A DNA stretch of 63,857 nt, counting the filler, from Octopus bimaculoides (taxonomy: Eukaryota), in assembly GCF_001194135.2 (NCBI RefSeq). It is 4 parts of 3 records of this genome, joined end to end, with 100 filler letters (N's around TTAATTAATTAA, not from the genome) between each part and the next. Parts side by side here need not be neighbours in the genome. Positions count along the whole stretch, not along the records: positions 17,783 to 43,517 come from NC_069004.1; 3 more parts are not named here. One strand, 5' to 3'. Shown here piece by piece: positions 27,233 through 39,784 of the stretch. Below the pieces are notes generated by a model. It had not been told where the DNA came from and ran no database searches. It saw nothing but the letters and a program-made list of their open reading frames with translations. Position 1 is the stretch's first letter. Each line of letters starts with the position of its first letter. A program made the position numbers and the translations under genes.

Positions 27233-27740
27233 TATTATTTTGCTTATAAGAGTTCCAACACTGTCTGTTTTTTATGTTTTATTTATATTCCTGCAGAACC
27301 AATGTGGGGTATAGAATATGGAATATACAATATATAATATAATATACAATATATAATATAAAATAAAATAAAATAAAAATGGATGGCACCATGAAAGAAA
27401 GTATTGAATGTAGATGAAATATTGAGTGTTCAATATAAAGGATCAAATATATAAATATAAATATATAAAGGCGACTCGAGTTTCAGGGCTATTTCCCTTC
27501 GTCATGGCCGGTATGACAGACTATATTTGATCCTTTATATTGAACACACAATATTTCATCTACATTCAATACTTTCTTTCATGGTGCCATCCATTTTTAT
27601 TTTATTTTATTTTATATTATATATTGTATATTATATTATATATTGTATATTCCATATTCTATACCCCACATTAGTTCTGCAGGAATATAAATAAAACATA
27701 AAAAACAGACAGTGTTGGAACTCTTTTAAGCAAAATAATA
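27233..27740. mobile_element. Fold-back element: 219-bp inverted arms with a 70-bp spacer, probably Penelope-like-element derived
   Basis: 27233-27451 is the reverse complement of 27522-27740, with about three substitutions by eye and no indels. A (TA)n tract follows on the right. Confidence 0.9.
27470..27509 (-). ncRNA. Minimal type I hammerhead ribozyme-like motif (Penelope type, one core deviation)
   Basis: Minus strand GGC-C(A)UGACGA-AGGG-aaauag-CCCU-GAAA-C-UCGA-G-UC-GCC: 3-bp stem I, 4-bp stem II, palindromic UCGA loop 3, GUC cleavage triplet. There is one extra A between C3 and U4. Confidence 0.6.
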
Positions 27741-28332
27741 TATATATATATATATGTGTGTGTGTGTATGTATAAAATACACCTATATATATTTTAAGGC
27801 GTCTTGTCTTGTGTCAGGTACTTTTTGTATTCATTTCTGCCTCCAAATTTAACATTTTTGGCGCCACCACCCTCAACAATGCAACAATTTTCAGAACCAG
27901 CTGTTTGTGTTATGAACCCAATTTCTGACATGTCTTGTGTGACCTTCAACTCACTGGAAAATCGAAAGACATTTTGTTATTCTTACCTGGAGAACCAGGT
28001 GCAGGTTGGCAACGGGGAGAGCATCCAACCATAAAATCCTACATCAATTTCCTGTCCAAGCTGTGCTAACATGGAGCAATGATCATTAAACACACTCTCC
28101 CTCGATTTCTCTCATGAAATAAACCATTGCAAATGTGCAGATGAAGTCAAGTGTCTGGATGGAGGAGAACTTGTAAGTTAGGACAAGGCAGGGGTGGTGA
28201 TAATTCCTCCTTTCCAAACCTCACTCCTCTCTACCACTACCTCTTGAAGAACCTGCAAGAATGGTTTCTGCTTTTCTCTTCGGGTTAAGACGTTAATAAC
28301 AAAAATATCAGCTGTTAAGTAAATACATCACA

Positions 28333-28600
28333 CTGACTGTTGTATCAGTCAACCTACCTACCAATCAATCAATCAATCAATCACCACAATGTATCAATCA
28401 ACCTACTAGTCAATCGATCTATCACCGCAGTGACTGTTGTATCAGTCAATCTACCTACCAATCGATCACCACAGTGTATCAATCAACTGACCAATCAATC
28501 AATCAATTACCACAGTGACTATTGCATCAATCAATCTACCTACTAATCAATCACCACAATGTATCAATCAGCCTACCAGTCAATCAATCAATCACCACAG
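28333..28600. repeat. ATCA-rich minisatellite (~35-45 bp degenerate units)
   Basis: Repeated caccaca(a/g)tgtatcaatcaacctac(c/t)a and (atca)n blocks. Confidence 0.85.
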
Positions 28601-29380
28601 AGGTTCACTGTTCTATATTATATCAATTTACCTACCAATCCATTAATACTCATTAATTACATAAATGTAGGATTAATATATTTAATTGCTTGATTTTCCT
28701 TTCTTCTTTTGTATCCATCCATGGGTGACTTGTCTATTTGACTTTAGGAAAATGCCTCAACAAGTTACAATGGTGGTAGCATTTGAATTCAGAAATACAA
28801 ATCAACAAATATATATATAGCAGTAATCTATACCTAGCTCATGGCACCTCTGTACACCAAGGTGGACTGCTGGCACTTGTGATAGAATACAAAATTCTGC
28901 AAATTTATTGAATGGTTAATCTGTTGACTTTTAATTGATTGGCCAACTTATTTCTGAATCCACCTAATTGTCAATTAGATTGTTAATGAAATTTACAACT
29001 TCAATTATAAATTCTAACAAATTTTGGCAGTTAAATGAGAAAAAAAAAATTTACCAATACTTGTAGAAGAGTGGTTATAGTTGACTGAATCAGTTCTGTT
29101 GTATTACCAAGACATGTTTTATTGATCCCTGAAGGAAAAGTTATGGGTGAGAAAAAAAGAAAAATAATATATTGCACCCCATGGGATTAGAACCCTGGAC
29201 TGAGAAAGATGAATCTAAATACTGAAATATATCGGATCAGGTATTGTTTCGACCATCACAACTATCATTTGGGACTTTATCTGTCCAAAGTAATAGAATA
29301 TGGGTTCTTGCCAGATGGAATAAAACAGAAGATAGACCGACCTTAGTGAGATTTGAACTTAGATGAAAAGGTGCAAGATA

Positions 29381-29793
29381 TACTCTTTACGCTTTTACTT
29401 GTTTCAGTCATTTGACTGCGGCCATGCTGGGGCACCGCCTTTAGTCAAGCAAATGGACCCCAGGACTTATTCTTTGTAAGCCTAGTACTTATTCTATCAG
29501 TTTCTTTTTGCCGAACCGCTAAGTTACGGGGACGTAAACACACCAACATCAGTTGTCAAGCGAAGTTGGGGGGGACAGACACAGACACACAAATATATAC
29601 ACGCACACATACATATATATACATATATACGACGGGCTTCTTTCAGTTTCCGTCTACCAAATCCACTCACAAGGCTTTGGTCGGCCCGAGGCTATAGTAG
29701 AAGACACTTGCCCAAGGTGCCACGCAGTGGGACTGAACCCAGAACCATGTGGTCGGTAAGCAAGCTACTTACCACACAGCCACTCCTGCGCCT
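29381..29793 (-). mobile_element. SINE family A, complete young copy (tRNA-derived head, internal microsatellite)
   Basis: Minus strand begins AGGCGCAGGAGTGGCTGTGTGG (A box)...GGGTTCAGTCCC (B box)...GGCACCTTGGGCAAGTGTC and ends aaacaagtaaaag. At least 15 full or partial copies in the window. Confidence 0.9.
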
Positions 29794-30451
29794 AGAGTTA
29801 TGGATGAGAGAAAAAGAAAAATATTTTGCACCTCATGGGATTAGAACCCTGGACTGAGAAAGATGAATCTAAATACACATCTCATTTGTCTCATTTACAC
29901 AATTAACAACTTAGGTGTTGAGTATCTTCCACAATTCTTATCATTTAAGTACCAAGTCTTATAATTTGCGGAAAAAGACCGTGTGAGACCTTTGACAACA
30001 GGGGTGCTGTCTCCTCTCACAGAATTAACCGGTGCAAGTAAAACCAAGAGCTTTGAGAAGTAAAATATAACAATAATGAAATAATTTAAATTTAAAGGTT
30101 AGAACATAACAACAGGCCAGAGCAGTAAAGTGCTGGCTTAACCTGCTGAAGAGTCAGTGGCTCAATTTTTCTTGTTATAAATTGGCACCATGATGAGGTA
30201 TTCAACCTCAGGAGTGTGGGTGAGGTAACAAGAAGCCACTCCAATATATTTCCCTTAAAAAATTCCAGGAGACAATAAGATTTCCAAGGACCCAATCCAT
30301 CCATGATACACTCAATATTTTAAAGTGATAGAACAAACAATAATAGTAAGTGAAAACGGACCCCTTAAACCAAACACTGAATTAATAAAATGATTAGAAA
30401 CGAGTATTAGGTGAATATCTCACAACAAAGTCCCTGGCATCTTAAGAATAG

Positions 30452-30600
30452 GGGGGTCACATGTATTTAACTCCATAAATAGGGGCTACATGAATTTAAC
30501 TTCATAATTAATGCCTGCATGTATTTAGTTCCATAAACTGGGGCAACATATATTTAGCCCCATAAACAGGGGCCGTCTGTATAGAACTCCATAAATAGGG
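30452..30600. repeat. ~29-bp minisatellite, about 5 degenerate units
   Basis: Recurring gggg..acat.tattta.ctccataaa unit. Confidence 0.7.
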
Positions 30601-31225
30601 AACACATAAGGAGCCTCAATGTGATCACTAGCAGTCAAAGTCCTTCAAATCACACCCTACTATTAGATAATATGGTCCTGGTTTAGGGCCTCGTTATCTA
30701 CAAAATTGATGAGATGTTCATGGCCAGAATATCATCGATCATAGGTCTGATCCCCCAGGGCTGAGCTGGGGTTAAACAAGGACATCAACTCACTAAATCA
30801 GCATATACACACACATACACACACACACAAACTCATAACAGAAAATAGCAACAATGAATTCTAGTGTAAAGAATTGGTAACAATTCTGATAATCACTGAA
30901 GACTAGGTCTTTAGTTACACTTGTACCGCATTCTTGACTATACCGTTTGTTAATCCCATCCATTACCTTTAAGTTAAGATTAGTCCCCAAAGGGTTAAAA
31001 AGCCACCCCCAGGAGATATTAAAAGCAATAAGTTTAAATACCAGAATGCAAAGACAACACTGCAAGTGAGAGGTTCCAAACAACATTAGATACAATAATT
31101 AATGAGTAAATCTCATATAACGATCTTATATCATTAATGAGTTAATCTTTAAATGCTTCTCAGACCAAAATTTTCTTCTTTATCCTGAGACAAATATTCT
31201 TATTTAAATATTTTATATATTTATT

Positions 31226-31381
31226 CAGGCATGGCTGTGTGGTAAGAAGCTTAATTCGTAACCACATGGTTCCGGGTTCAGTCTCAGAGCATGGCACCTT
31301 GGGCAAGTGCCTTTTACTATATCCTTGGGTTGAATAAAGCCTCGTGAGTCGATCTGGTAGACAGAAACTGAAAGAAGCCCG

Positions 31382-31416
<35 letters not shown>

Positions 31417-31620
31417 CGTGTGTGTGTGTTTGTCCCTCCATCACTGCTTGACAAATGGTGTTGGTGTGTTTACATCCCCGTAACTTAGCAGTTCAGCAAA
31501 AGAGACTGGTGGTAATAAGTACTAGGCTTAAATAATAAGTCAATTTCTTTGACTAAAACCTCTCAAGGTGGTGCTCCAGCACGGCCGTAATCAAATGACT
31601 GAAACAAGTAAAAGAGTAAA
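31226..31620 (+). mobile_element. SINE family A, complete copy
   Basis: caggcatggctgtgtggtaagaagc head through to gaaacaagtaaaagagtaaa tail. Confidence 0.85.
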
Positions 31621-32347
31621 AAAAAAGAACAGATACCATTCCACACACCCTTGGGGGTTTTTTTTCTGTTTTTTTTTTTTTATTTTTTATTTTTATGCAA
31701 AACATTTGGCAAACCCAACACATGTATGAAAATAAAGAAAATAAACGTTAAGTTTTACAAATATAGAATAGAAAGAATGGTAAATTCCTTCAGTCAGCTA
31801 TTTATAGATGCTTCTTGGTTCTAGCTGAGATACATCAAATGAAAGTGCTACGTTCTGTCTTCTCCTCTGCAATTGCTCCTCCACGTGTGTACAGGATATA
31901 CCTAGTTATTCTTAGCTCATATACATAAAACGAAACATCTCTTTTGAGGAGGTTTTTGGAAGAGAGAAGCGGGGGGGGNNNNNNNNNNNNNNNNNNNNNN
32001 NNNNNNNNNNNNNNNNNNNNNNNNNNNNNNNNNNNNNNNNNNNNNNGGGGGGGGGGGGACGACAGGAGATGGGAGTGGGGGCAGACGAGAAACAAGGGTG
32101 GGCTGTTGTTATTGTTGTTCTTGTTGTTTGTCCCAAGCAACAAGATGTAAAAGGTAATAAGGTAATAGGAAAAACAGCTGGGTATGCAGGAGCAGGAACA
32201 TTAGAAAACAGAAATAAAATCCTCGAGAAAAACCCAGACTTTTATTTATAATGCATCCCTCACCTGGACCTGAATTTCTTTTAATTTTTCTCGTTTGTTT
32301 TTTTTCGTTTTTTTTTTTTTTGTTTCTTTCTGTTTTTGATGTGGATA

Positions 32348-32428
32348 CACCATAACATCACATGACCACTGATGTCATTACTCCGCACCATAACATCACA
32401 TGACCACTGATGTCATCACTCTGCACCA
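32348..32428 (+). repeat. 38-bp tandem duplication
   Basis: caccataacatcacatgaccactgatgtcat(t/c)actc(c/t)g twice, plus the start of a third copy. Confidence 0.9.
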
Positions 32429-32606
32429 GCATTGGTGCAAGGATATCAATTGACGTCATGTTTGAAGGCAACTGATACTTGATATCCAATATACTTAATG
32501 ATGCATATAGCAAGAGGGTTCACTCGTTAATCACCCTCATATTCCAACCTACATACTATCAAGTATAAGTTTCTCTGCGTGTATATGTGTATCTATGTGC
32601 TTGCAT

Positions 32607-32644
<38 letters not shown>

Positions 32645-33522
32645 AACTATTCATTTGTTTGTGTGTGTATATGCACATACGCACATACATACGTACAAGT
32701 ATCTACCTAAATTCCTTCAGACTTCACGATAAGCACACCGCCACCTCTACCACCACCACCTCCTTTCCTCTGTGTTACTGATCTAAGAATGAAGACAGGA
32801 ATTCAAGACGGTTTTGTAAATTCATCAGGACAACTAACAAAATAAAATTATCCTTTGCCTCATGATACTTTTTAATTATGGAAGACATGATATCACATAC
32901 ACACACACACACACGCGCGCGCGCACACACACTCACGCACACATTTGTATGTGTATATACATACATATATGTATATATATATATATGTGTGTATATATAC
33001 ATACATACATATAAATACATATAGATATATTTACATACATATAAATACACATAAATATATATATATGCATACATACACACATGCATATACATATATGTAT
33101 ATATATATATATTTGTACATACACACACACATATATACACACACATATATATACACACACACATATCCATAAACACACATGCACATATGTATATATACAC
33201 GCACATATGTATATATGCACATGCACACATACACACGTACACATATATGCACATGTACACACACACACACGCATGCACACACACACAGATATATAGGGGT
33301 GGGTGGTAGGGTCTCCCAAGTAAAGTTTTGCAGGTCTTAGTTACAATCTTCTTCTGTACTAATTAATAAACCAAATACATATTTCTAGAGCCCTTATCGC
33401 TCGTACTTCGAAAATAAAACTAAAGCTACTCAAACAAAATGGAGAATAACAAGATACACCATTATCATCAGCATCACCAACAGCAACAACAGCACGAGTA
33501 ATAAGAGCACCAATAGCAGCAC

Positions 33523-33561
<39 letters not shown>

Positions 33562-35541
33562 CAGCAGCAGCAGCAGTTTAATGTTTGCTTGTGTTTTTTT
33601 TTCCATACTGACAGGAGTATATAATCTCATCCATTAAGTTTGCCATCTTAAAACCTGATCTACTTATTTTTTTCAACCAAAACTTTCCTGAGATAATCCT
33701 TAAAACTGCTCCTTCTATCAAAAACCCACAACAGTTTTTCCACAACTGGCATCCTACCCCACCATGATACCCCTCCCCCACACCAAAAAAAACAACCCCT
33801 ATACATTACATATGGATCAACTAACCTACCTACCTACCTACCTACCTGCCTGCCTATCTATCTACCCATAGATATATTTCACACTATCACTATTATTTCT
33901 ACATGTTACTAGATTGCTAATGGAGCAAACAGTGAATTACCACATTAAATACTTGACAGTATGCTTTCCATTCGGAATTAAATTCCCGCTAAAAAGATGA
34001 CTTTACCAGTCCTTATGGATCAACTGAGGATCAGCTGACTTGTACAGCATTTACTTAAAACTAATCATTATTCAAAGTTATCGATAGGCTGCATGGTAAG
34101 TAGCTTGCTTACCAACCACATGGCACCGTGGCCAAGTGTCTTCTACTATACCCTCGGGCCAACCAAAGCCTTGTGAGTAGATTTGGTAGACGGAAATTGA
34201 AAGAAGCCTGTCGTATATATGTATAGATATATGTATGTATCTGGCAGAAGGTAATGGCAAACTTCTGCTGACTCTTACACCACAACTTTCTCTCACTCTT
34301 TCCTCCTGCATCTAACAGTTCACCTGCGATGGATCGCTGTCCTGTCCAGGTGAGGAACCTATACGCCAATGAAACCAGGAAATGGCCCCTTAAGAGCCAG
34401 GCATGGCTTGAGAATGAACAAAAAACAACAAATCTACTTACAAAGATTTGGTTGGCTAAGGGTTAAAGTAGAAGACACTTGCTCAAGGTGCTGCACAGTG
34501 GGACCGAACATGAAACCATATAGCTGCAAAGTGAACTTCTTTGCCACACAGTCAGGCCAGCACCTGTATGTGTGTATGTGTGTGGGGGGCTTGAAGTAGT
34601 TAAGAGGTTTTTAAGATTCATCTTCATAAAATAAAAACCAAAAAAGACATCACCTTCTTTTTATAATAAACAAAACCCCCACCAAAAACAAAAAAAAAAA
34701 GGCAAAAAAGCCAGAGATCTCTGAACACATGTTTAAAAGATTCATAGTTTTCAACAAAATACCATAGATCTGAGATTGTTCATGTTTAGGAGGAGGGGGA
34801 GTACATATGAAATGTTTGAGAGAGAGAGAGATCCTATATTTAGAATATAGGCTATCAGATTCATCAACTCAGTACATTTCAGCAGAACTTTTCAATCAGA
34901 GACAGGTGAGGGATAAAATAGAATCTTGATGCCAAGTGAAATTCATCCAACTAGTTTTCCTTTTTATTTGACAATTCTATTTCAAGTCTTAATTGTTAGG
35001 AATTTCGTATTGTGTGTTGTGAAGAATTTAAGGGGCCTCAGTAACATATATTTGGGGGTCAGAAATGAATGCAATGACATCCCCCCAGAAGAGAAAGCCA
35101 AGTTCTTAGCAAATGACATACTGAAAGGAAAAGATACGAAGAATATGGAATAAACATACCCTTAATGTAGATCACTGATTCTCAAGTGGGCTCCCTATGG
35201 CCCTTGGTGACCCATATATATAAACTGTTTGGTTGTTAAAATTTATGTGTAATAAATTGGTTGTACTATTGCAATGCATAAAATATTTGAACAATTTTTA
35301 AAATTCAATTTCTAATAATATTTTATTATTATTCTATAATAGGTTCCAGGTTCAATCCCACTGTGTGACACCTTGGACAAGTGTCTTCTATATAGCCCTG
35401 GGCCGACCAAAGCCTTGTGAGTATATATATATATATATATTATTATAAGATCTGGTAATTATTCATATATTAATATATTAATTAATATCGATTAATTATC
35501 AGGGGGGCCAGCACATTTAAAGAATCAAAGAGATTCAGAAA

Positions 35542-36002
35542 TATTATCTGCAATCTCAGGGGATTAAGGTACATTTTAAAAATAACGTCGACCACTAATT
35601 AGCAGAACCATATGCACGCGCACACATGGCGGTGGGCAACTATGTTTAGGATTCTGAAAATTACTGCTACATTACAAATCAGGCTGATGAGGAATAGACA
35701 AATGGTAAGAATTTGTTAAATCCGAAACCTGGTTCCTGTTTAATAATGATTTTNNNNNNNNNNNNNNNNNNNNNNNNNNNNNNNNNNNNNNNNNNNNNNN
35801 NNNNNNNNNNNNNNNNNNNNNNNNNNNNNNNNNNNNNNTCTTGCCCGCTCACGTTTTTGGTATGCTGCTATATTTCATGTTGAGAACTTTTTAGGTCTTA
35901 ATAGACACAAAATGTGATCTATTTCTAGCGCATTAATTGTCCACGTTAGTGGTCGACGTTATTTTTAAAATGTACCTTAATCCCTTGAGATTGCAGATAA
36001 TA
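35542..36002. mobile_element. Fold-back element with 57-bp terminal inverted repeats (interior partly in N gap)
   Basis: 35542-35598 is the reverse complement of 35946-36002 (tattatctgcaatctca.gggattaaggtacattttaaaaataacgtcgaccactaa). (TA)n follows on the right. Confidence 0.85.
35680..35738 (+). ncRNA. Type I hammerhead ribozyme motif with complete catalytic core
   Basis: CAGG-CUGAUGA-GGA(auag acaaau gguaaga auuugu uaaa)UCC-GAAA-C-CUG-G-UU-CCUG. Stem I CAGG/CCUG; stem II GGA/UCC plus inner ACAAAU/AUUUGU helix; minimal stem III; predicted cleavage after GUU at 35734. Confidence 0.75.
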
Positions 36003-36011
36003 TATATATAT

Positions 36012-36056
<45 letters not shown>

Positions 36057-36085
36057 CAGACAGATAGTTAGATAGATAGATATAC

Positions 36086-36120
<35 letters not shown>

Positions 36121-36339
36121 TTTGTATCTGTGTTTGTCCCCCCACCATCACTTGACAACTGATGTTGGTGTGTTTATGTCACTAACTTAGTGGTTTGGCA
36201 AAATAGACTGATAGAATAAGTACTAGGCTTACAAAGAATAAGTCCTGGAGTTGATTTATTCAACAAAAATCCTTTAAGGCTGTGTGCTCCAGCATGGCCA
36301 CAGCCAAATGACTGAAACATATAAAAGATTAAAAGAGTA

Positions 36340-36428
36340 ATAGGGTTTTTAAACATCGAATGACTATGAGGGTCCATAAAATAGGGATCAAAGGGGTCAG
36401 CAGGTAAAAAAATGGTTGAGAACCACTG
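36340..36428 (-). mobile_element. hAT (Charlie-type) MITE 5' end fragment
   Basis: Minus strand cagtggttctcaaccattttttt...gacccctttgat, the same family as the 51-kb element. Flank atctaggg resembles the NTCTAGAN target. Confidence 0.7.
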
Positions 36429-36444
36429 ATCTAGGGTCTTTATT

Positions 36445-36840
36445 CCTTTACTTGTTTCAGTTACTTGATTGACTGCGGCCATGATGGAGCACTGCCTCGA
36501 AGGGTTTTAGTTGAATAAGTTGACCCCAGCACTTATTTTTTAAGCCTAGTACTTATTCTATTGGTCTCTTTTGCCAAACCACTAAGGTTACAGGGATGTA
36601 AACACACCAGCACCGGTTATCAAGTGGTGATGGGAGGACAAACACAGACACAAAGAGACACACACATAGATATATACATATACATATATGATGGGCTTCT
36701 TTCAGTTTCTGTCTACCAAATCCACTCACAAGGCTTTGGTAAGCCCAAGGCTAGTAGGAGACATTTGCTCAAGATGCCATGCAGTGGGACTGAACCTGGA
36801 ACCACGTGGTTGGGAAGTAAGCTTCTTACCACACAACCAT
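36445..36840 (-). mobile_element. SINE family A, complete CpG-decayed copy
   Basis: Full-length alignment to family A. Further partial copies at 36110-36330 and 36893-36950. Confidence 0.85.
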
Positions 36841-38127
36841 GTCAGAAAAGGATTAAAGATGACAGTTTTTGTATTTTTTTTAAAGAAATTTTTCTTGTTT
36901 CAGTCATTAGACTGTGGCCATGCTGGGGCATTGCCTTGAAGAAATTTAGCCAAATGAATTGATCCCACAATTTTAAAAAATGGTTAAGAATAAGAATACA
37001 TTATTGAGAAGGACTCTTTTAAAAGTCTCTCAAACCAAAATTTGGAAGCTTGTGTGTAATGAGTGAGTGTTGCTGAGAAACATGTTGAGATGACGAGCTC
37101 AACTTTGAATATTTCTGCTGCCAACCAATTTAGCATGTTGACAAGAAATGTCATTAACAATGCTAAATATTTCACTGCAACAACAGAAATCAACAGAAAC
37201 ATGCCTGAAATGTAAAAGGCCATTTCTGAACAATAAAATGAATTAGGGCATTCTTGGAGATAATTACTGGTGCTATTTTTAGATCCTGCTGTCGACATTT
37301 GCCAACAGATTGTTTTTCCGAAACCACTGTTTAATAGCACCATCCACAAAGTGGAAAATATGGCTGGTCATCTATTTATATTAAACCTTCTAGATATCAT
37401 AGTTGGTCATACACTGACCATTATTAAACTCACTATCAATAAGGGTTGGTCATCTATTGATAATATATCTATTATGAGCCAACAAGGGAACTGCTACGTG
37501 ATAGCATGACCTGCTAGAAATAACAACCAAATTCTCCTCAAACCATACCTTAACATCTTAAAAACGGGAGAACAGATTAAATAATGTAATCCTGGGAAAG
37601 GTATCTGAAAGTAAGTTATGATAGCTATGGCTAAAATGGCTGAACAAGGGTTAAACAACAACAAATAGTTACAGGATCAGTTTGGGTGAAACTTTATGAT
37701 AAAGCTGGAATTTCTAGCTGGGGCCATTCTTTCTTGATTTGGTTATTTAGTTCCAGATCAGGTCTGACTGAGCTGTGATCTCTATTGATTGTAGTTGATC
37801 AAAGGAGTCCCAGCTATGACCATCCAGTCTTTTCTTAACACATATAGTGCATCTAGAACTGTATTATACAATTTGTCCATTTTTTTTTTTTTTTAAGAGG
37901 CTATTGTGCAATTTGAATGAGATTTTGGTGCTATTTCTAGTATTGCAAGACATACTCATGTCCAAACATGGGGTAAGCACAGACCAAGGGCTTTAGTAGC
38001 AGACACCTGTCTAACTGGGATTGAACCTGAAATCAAATGATTACAAAGTGAGCTTCCTAACCACATGACCACGCCCGTGCCTTTGTTATTTATATTTCTG
38101 TATTTACTAAATTGCTTTTTCTTAAAG

Positions 38128-38404
38128 CAGGGGTTCCCAACCAATGAATCATGAATCAGTTGTAGGTCCTGGATCCTTTGGTACTGAGCTGCACAGAAAG
38201 AACAAACTGCTAAATTATATTTCTATTTTATTGACTATAGCAGTCTACATAGTGCTTTTTGCATTATATATGTATTTCACATATAATATATGCATGTATG
38301 CGTAATAATTAAATTATATATTATACAGTTTGTTGTGTGTTGTTATGCATGTTGTCCCCTGGTCCATAGGAACATCATCTTGCAGAAAGGGTTGCAAACT
38401 GCTG
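38128..38404. mobile_element. hAT-type MITE
   Basis: Imperfect TIRs caggggttcccaacc / ggttgcaaactgctg. Flanking 8-mers tcttaaag / cctgaaag (6 of 8 match). Confidence 0.6.
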
Positions 38405-38689
38405 CCTGAAAGAATTGTTTTCACTTTAATATTTACAAACTTTTCATAATTATTATTTATTAAAATTTTGTAGTTGAAAACCCTTCAATTATTATTACTA
38501 TTATTGTTAGGGTGTTGAGCTGGCAGAATCATTAGCATGCAGAGCAAAATGCTTAGCAGCATTTTGTCTGACTTACTTCCTTTACTTCTTTTATTTGTTA
38601 CCTACCCCTTAATTTTTATTTACTTTTTTTTTACACCCATAAACTAAACAAATACCCTCAATATCCACTAAATAATCATACTTTTTCAC

Positions 38690-38815
38690 ATTATTTTTTT
38701 GCTAAAAACCTTCCTGATTACTTCATTTGTAATCCTAAAAAACATCATGACCATTGATCCAGCCGTTTGACCATGAAGAGGGTAACAGACAGACAGACGG
38801 ACATAACACCTGATT
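38690..38815 (+). mobile_element. DINE-1/HINE-like (Helitron/Helentron-related) short element fragment
   Basis: gaccattgatccagccgttt...(gaca)n.ggacataac layout. A second copy lies at ~56385-56515. The family assignment is inference from the layout. Confidence 0.5.
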
Positions 38816-39784
38816 TTACCAAAAGCACGTACAAGTCTGTGGTGTGTGTATATACGAGCACCACTGTCTGTGTGTTTACACATTGTTTATACAACAGTGT
38901 AAACGTATGCAAGCTGGAAAAGTGAAGCCATGAAGTAGATCATGAAATGAAAACAAGGCTAAACTGGAAAACTCAGCTGGCGGCTGGCGGTGAAGACACC
39001 ATGGAAAAAAAAATAACAAGATAAAAAAATAATAGAAATGTCACCAGCTCTGACTCTTAAATTCTGAACTCCCAGAGAAAAATTTGACAGGAATTAATGA
39101 GAGGTGAATACTGTACATATCCAGTTAACCAGTGACGGGAAGCATTTATGGGGTTGATTGACCTGGTAGAAATAGCTGCTAAATCTATGTTAAATTACTT
39201 GTTATCACCTTGAAAATTGGAACAAGAATGTAGACAATGTATCCCAAGGTACATTGTGTGTTTTTATTTGTTTACTTGTTTCCTGGCCATTTTAGGGGAC
39301 CAGCTTGAAGGTTGTAGCTCACTAAAGTAATCCCATTACTCAATGTATCGGACTCATTTTTGCTGAGTTGTTAAGTTTCAGGGATATAAACAAACTAACG
39401 CTGGTTGCCCCAAGTAGTGAGACAAATACACACACACACATACATTCATTAATATACATATGCACATACATATACATGCATACATATACACATGATAGAT
39501 TGCTAGCCACTATACCTTTTTCTATTTTCTCTCCCTGTTTATTTCTGTGTTTCTTTCTGTCAAAGAGCATAGACTCGAAATATAAAAGACTTTCTCACTT
39601 CCCAAGCGTTAAACTAATACATCTGTTTGTTGTTTACACACCCGGCTTCGTCTTTTGTTGTTTTGCAAATTCTCACCATACATATACACATTTATATACA
39701 TGTAAACACACACATATATATATATACATATGTAAATACATACACACACACACACACACATATATACATACATACATACACATA

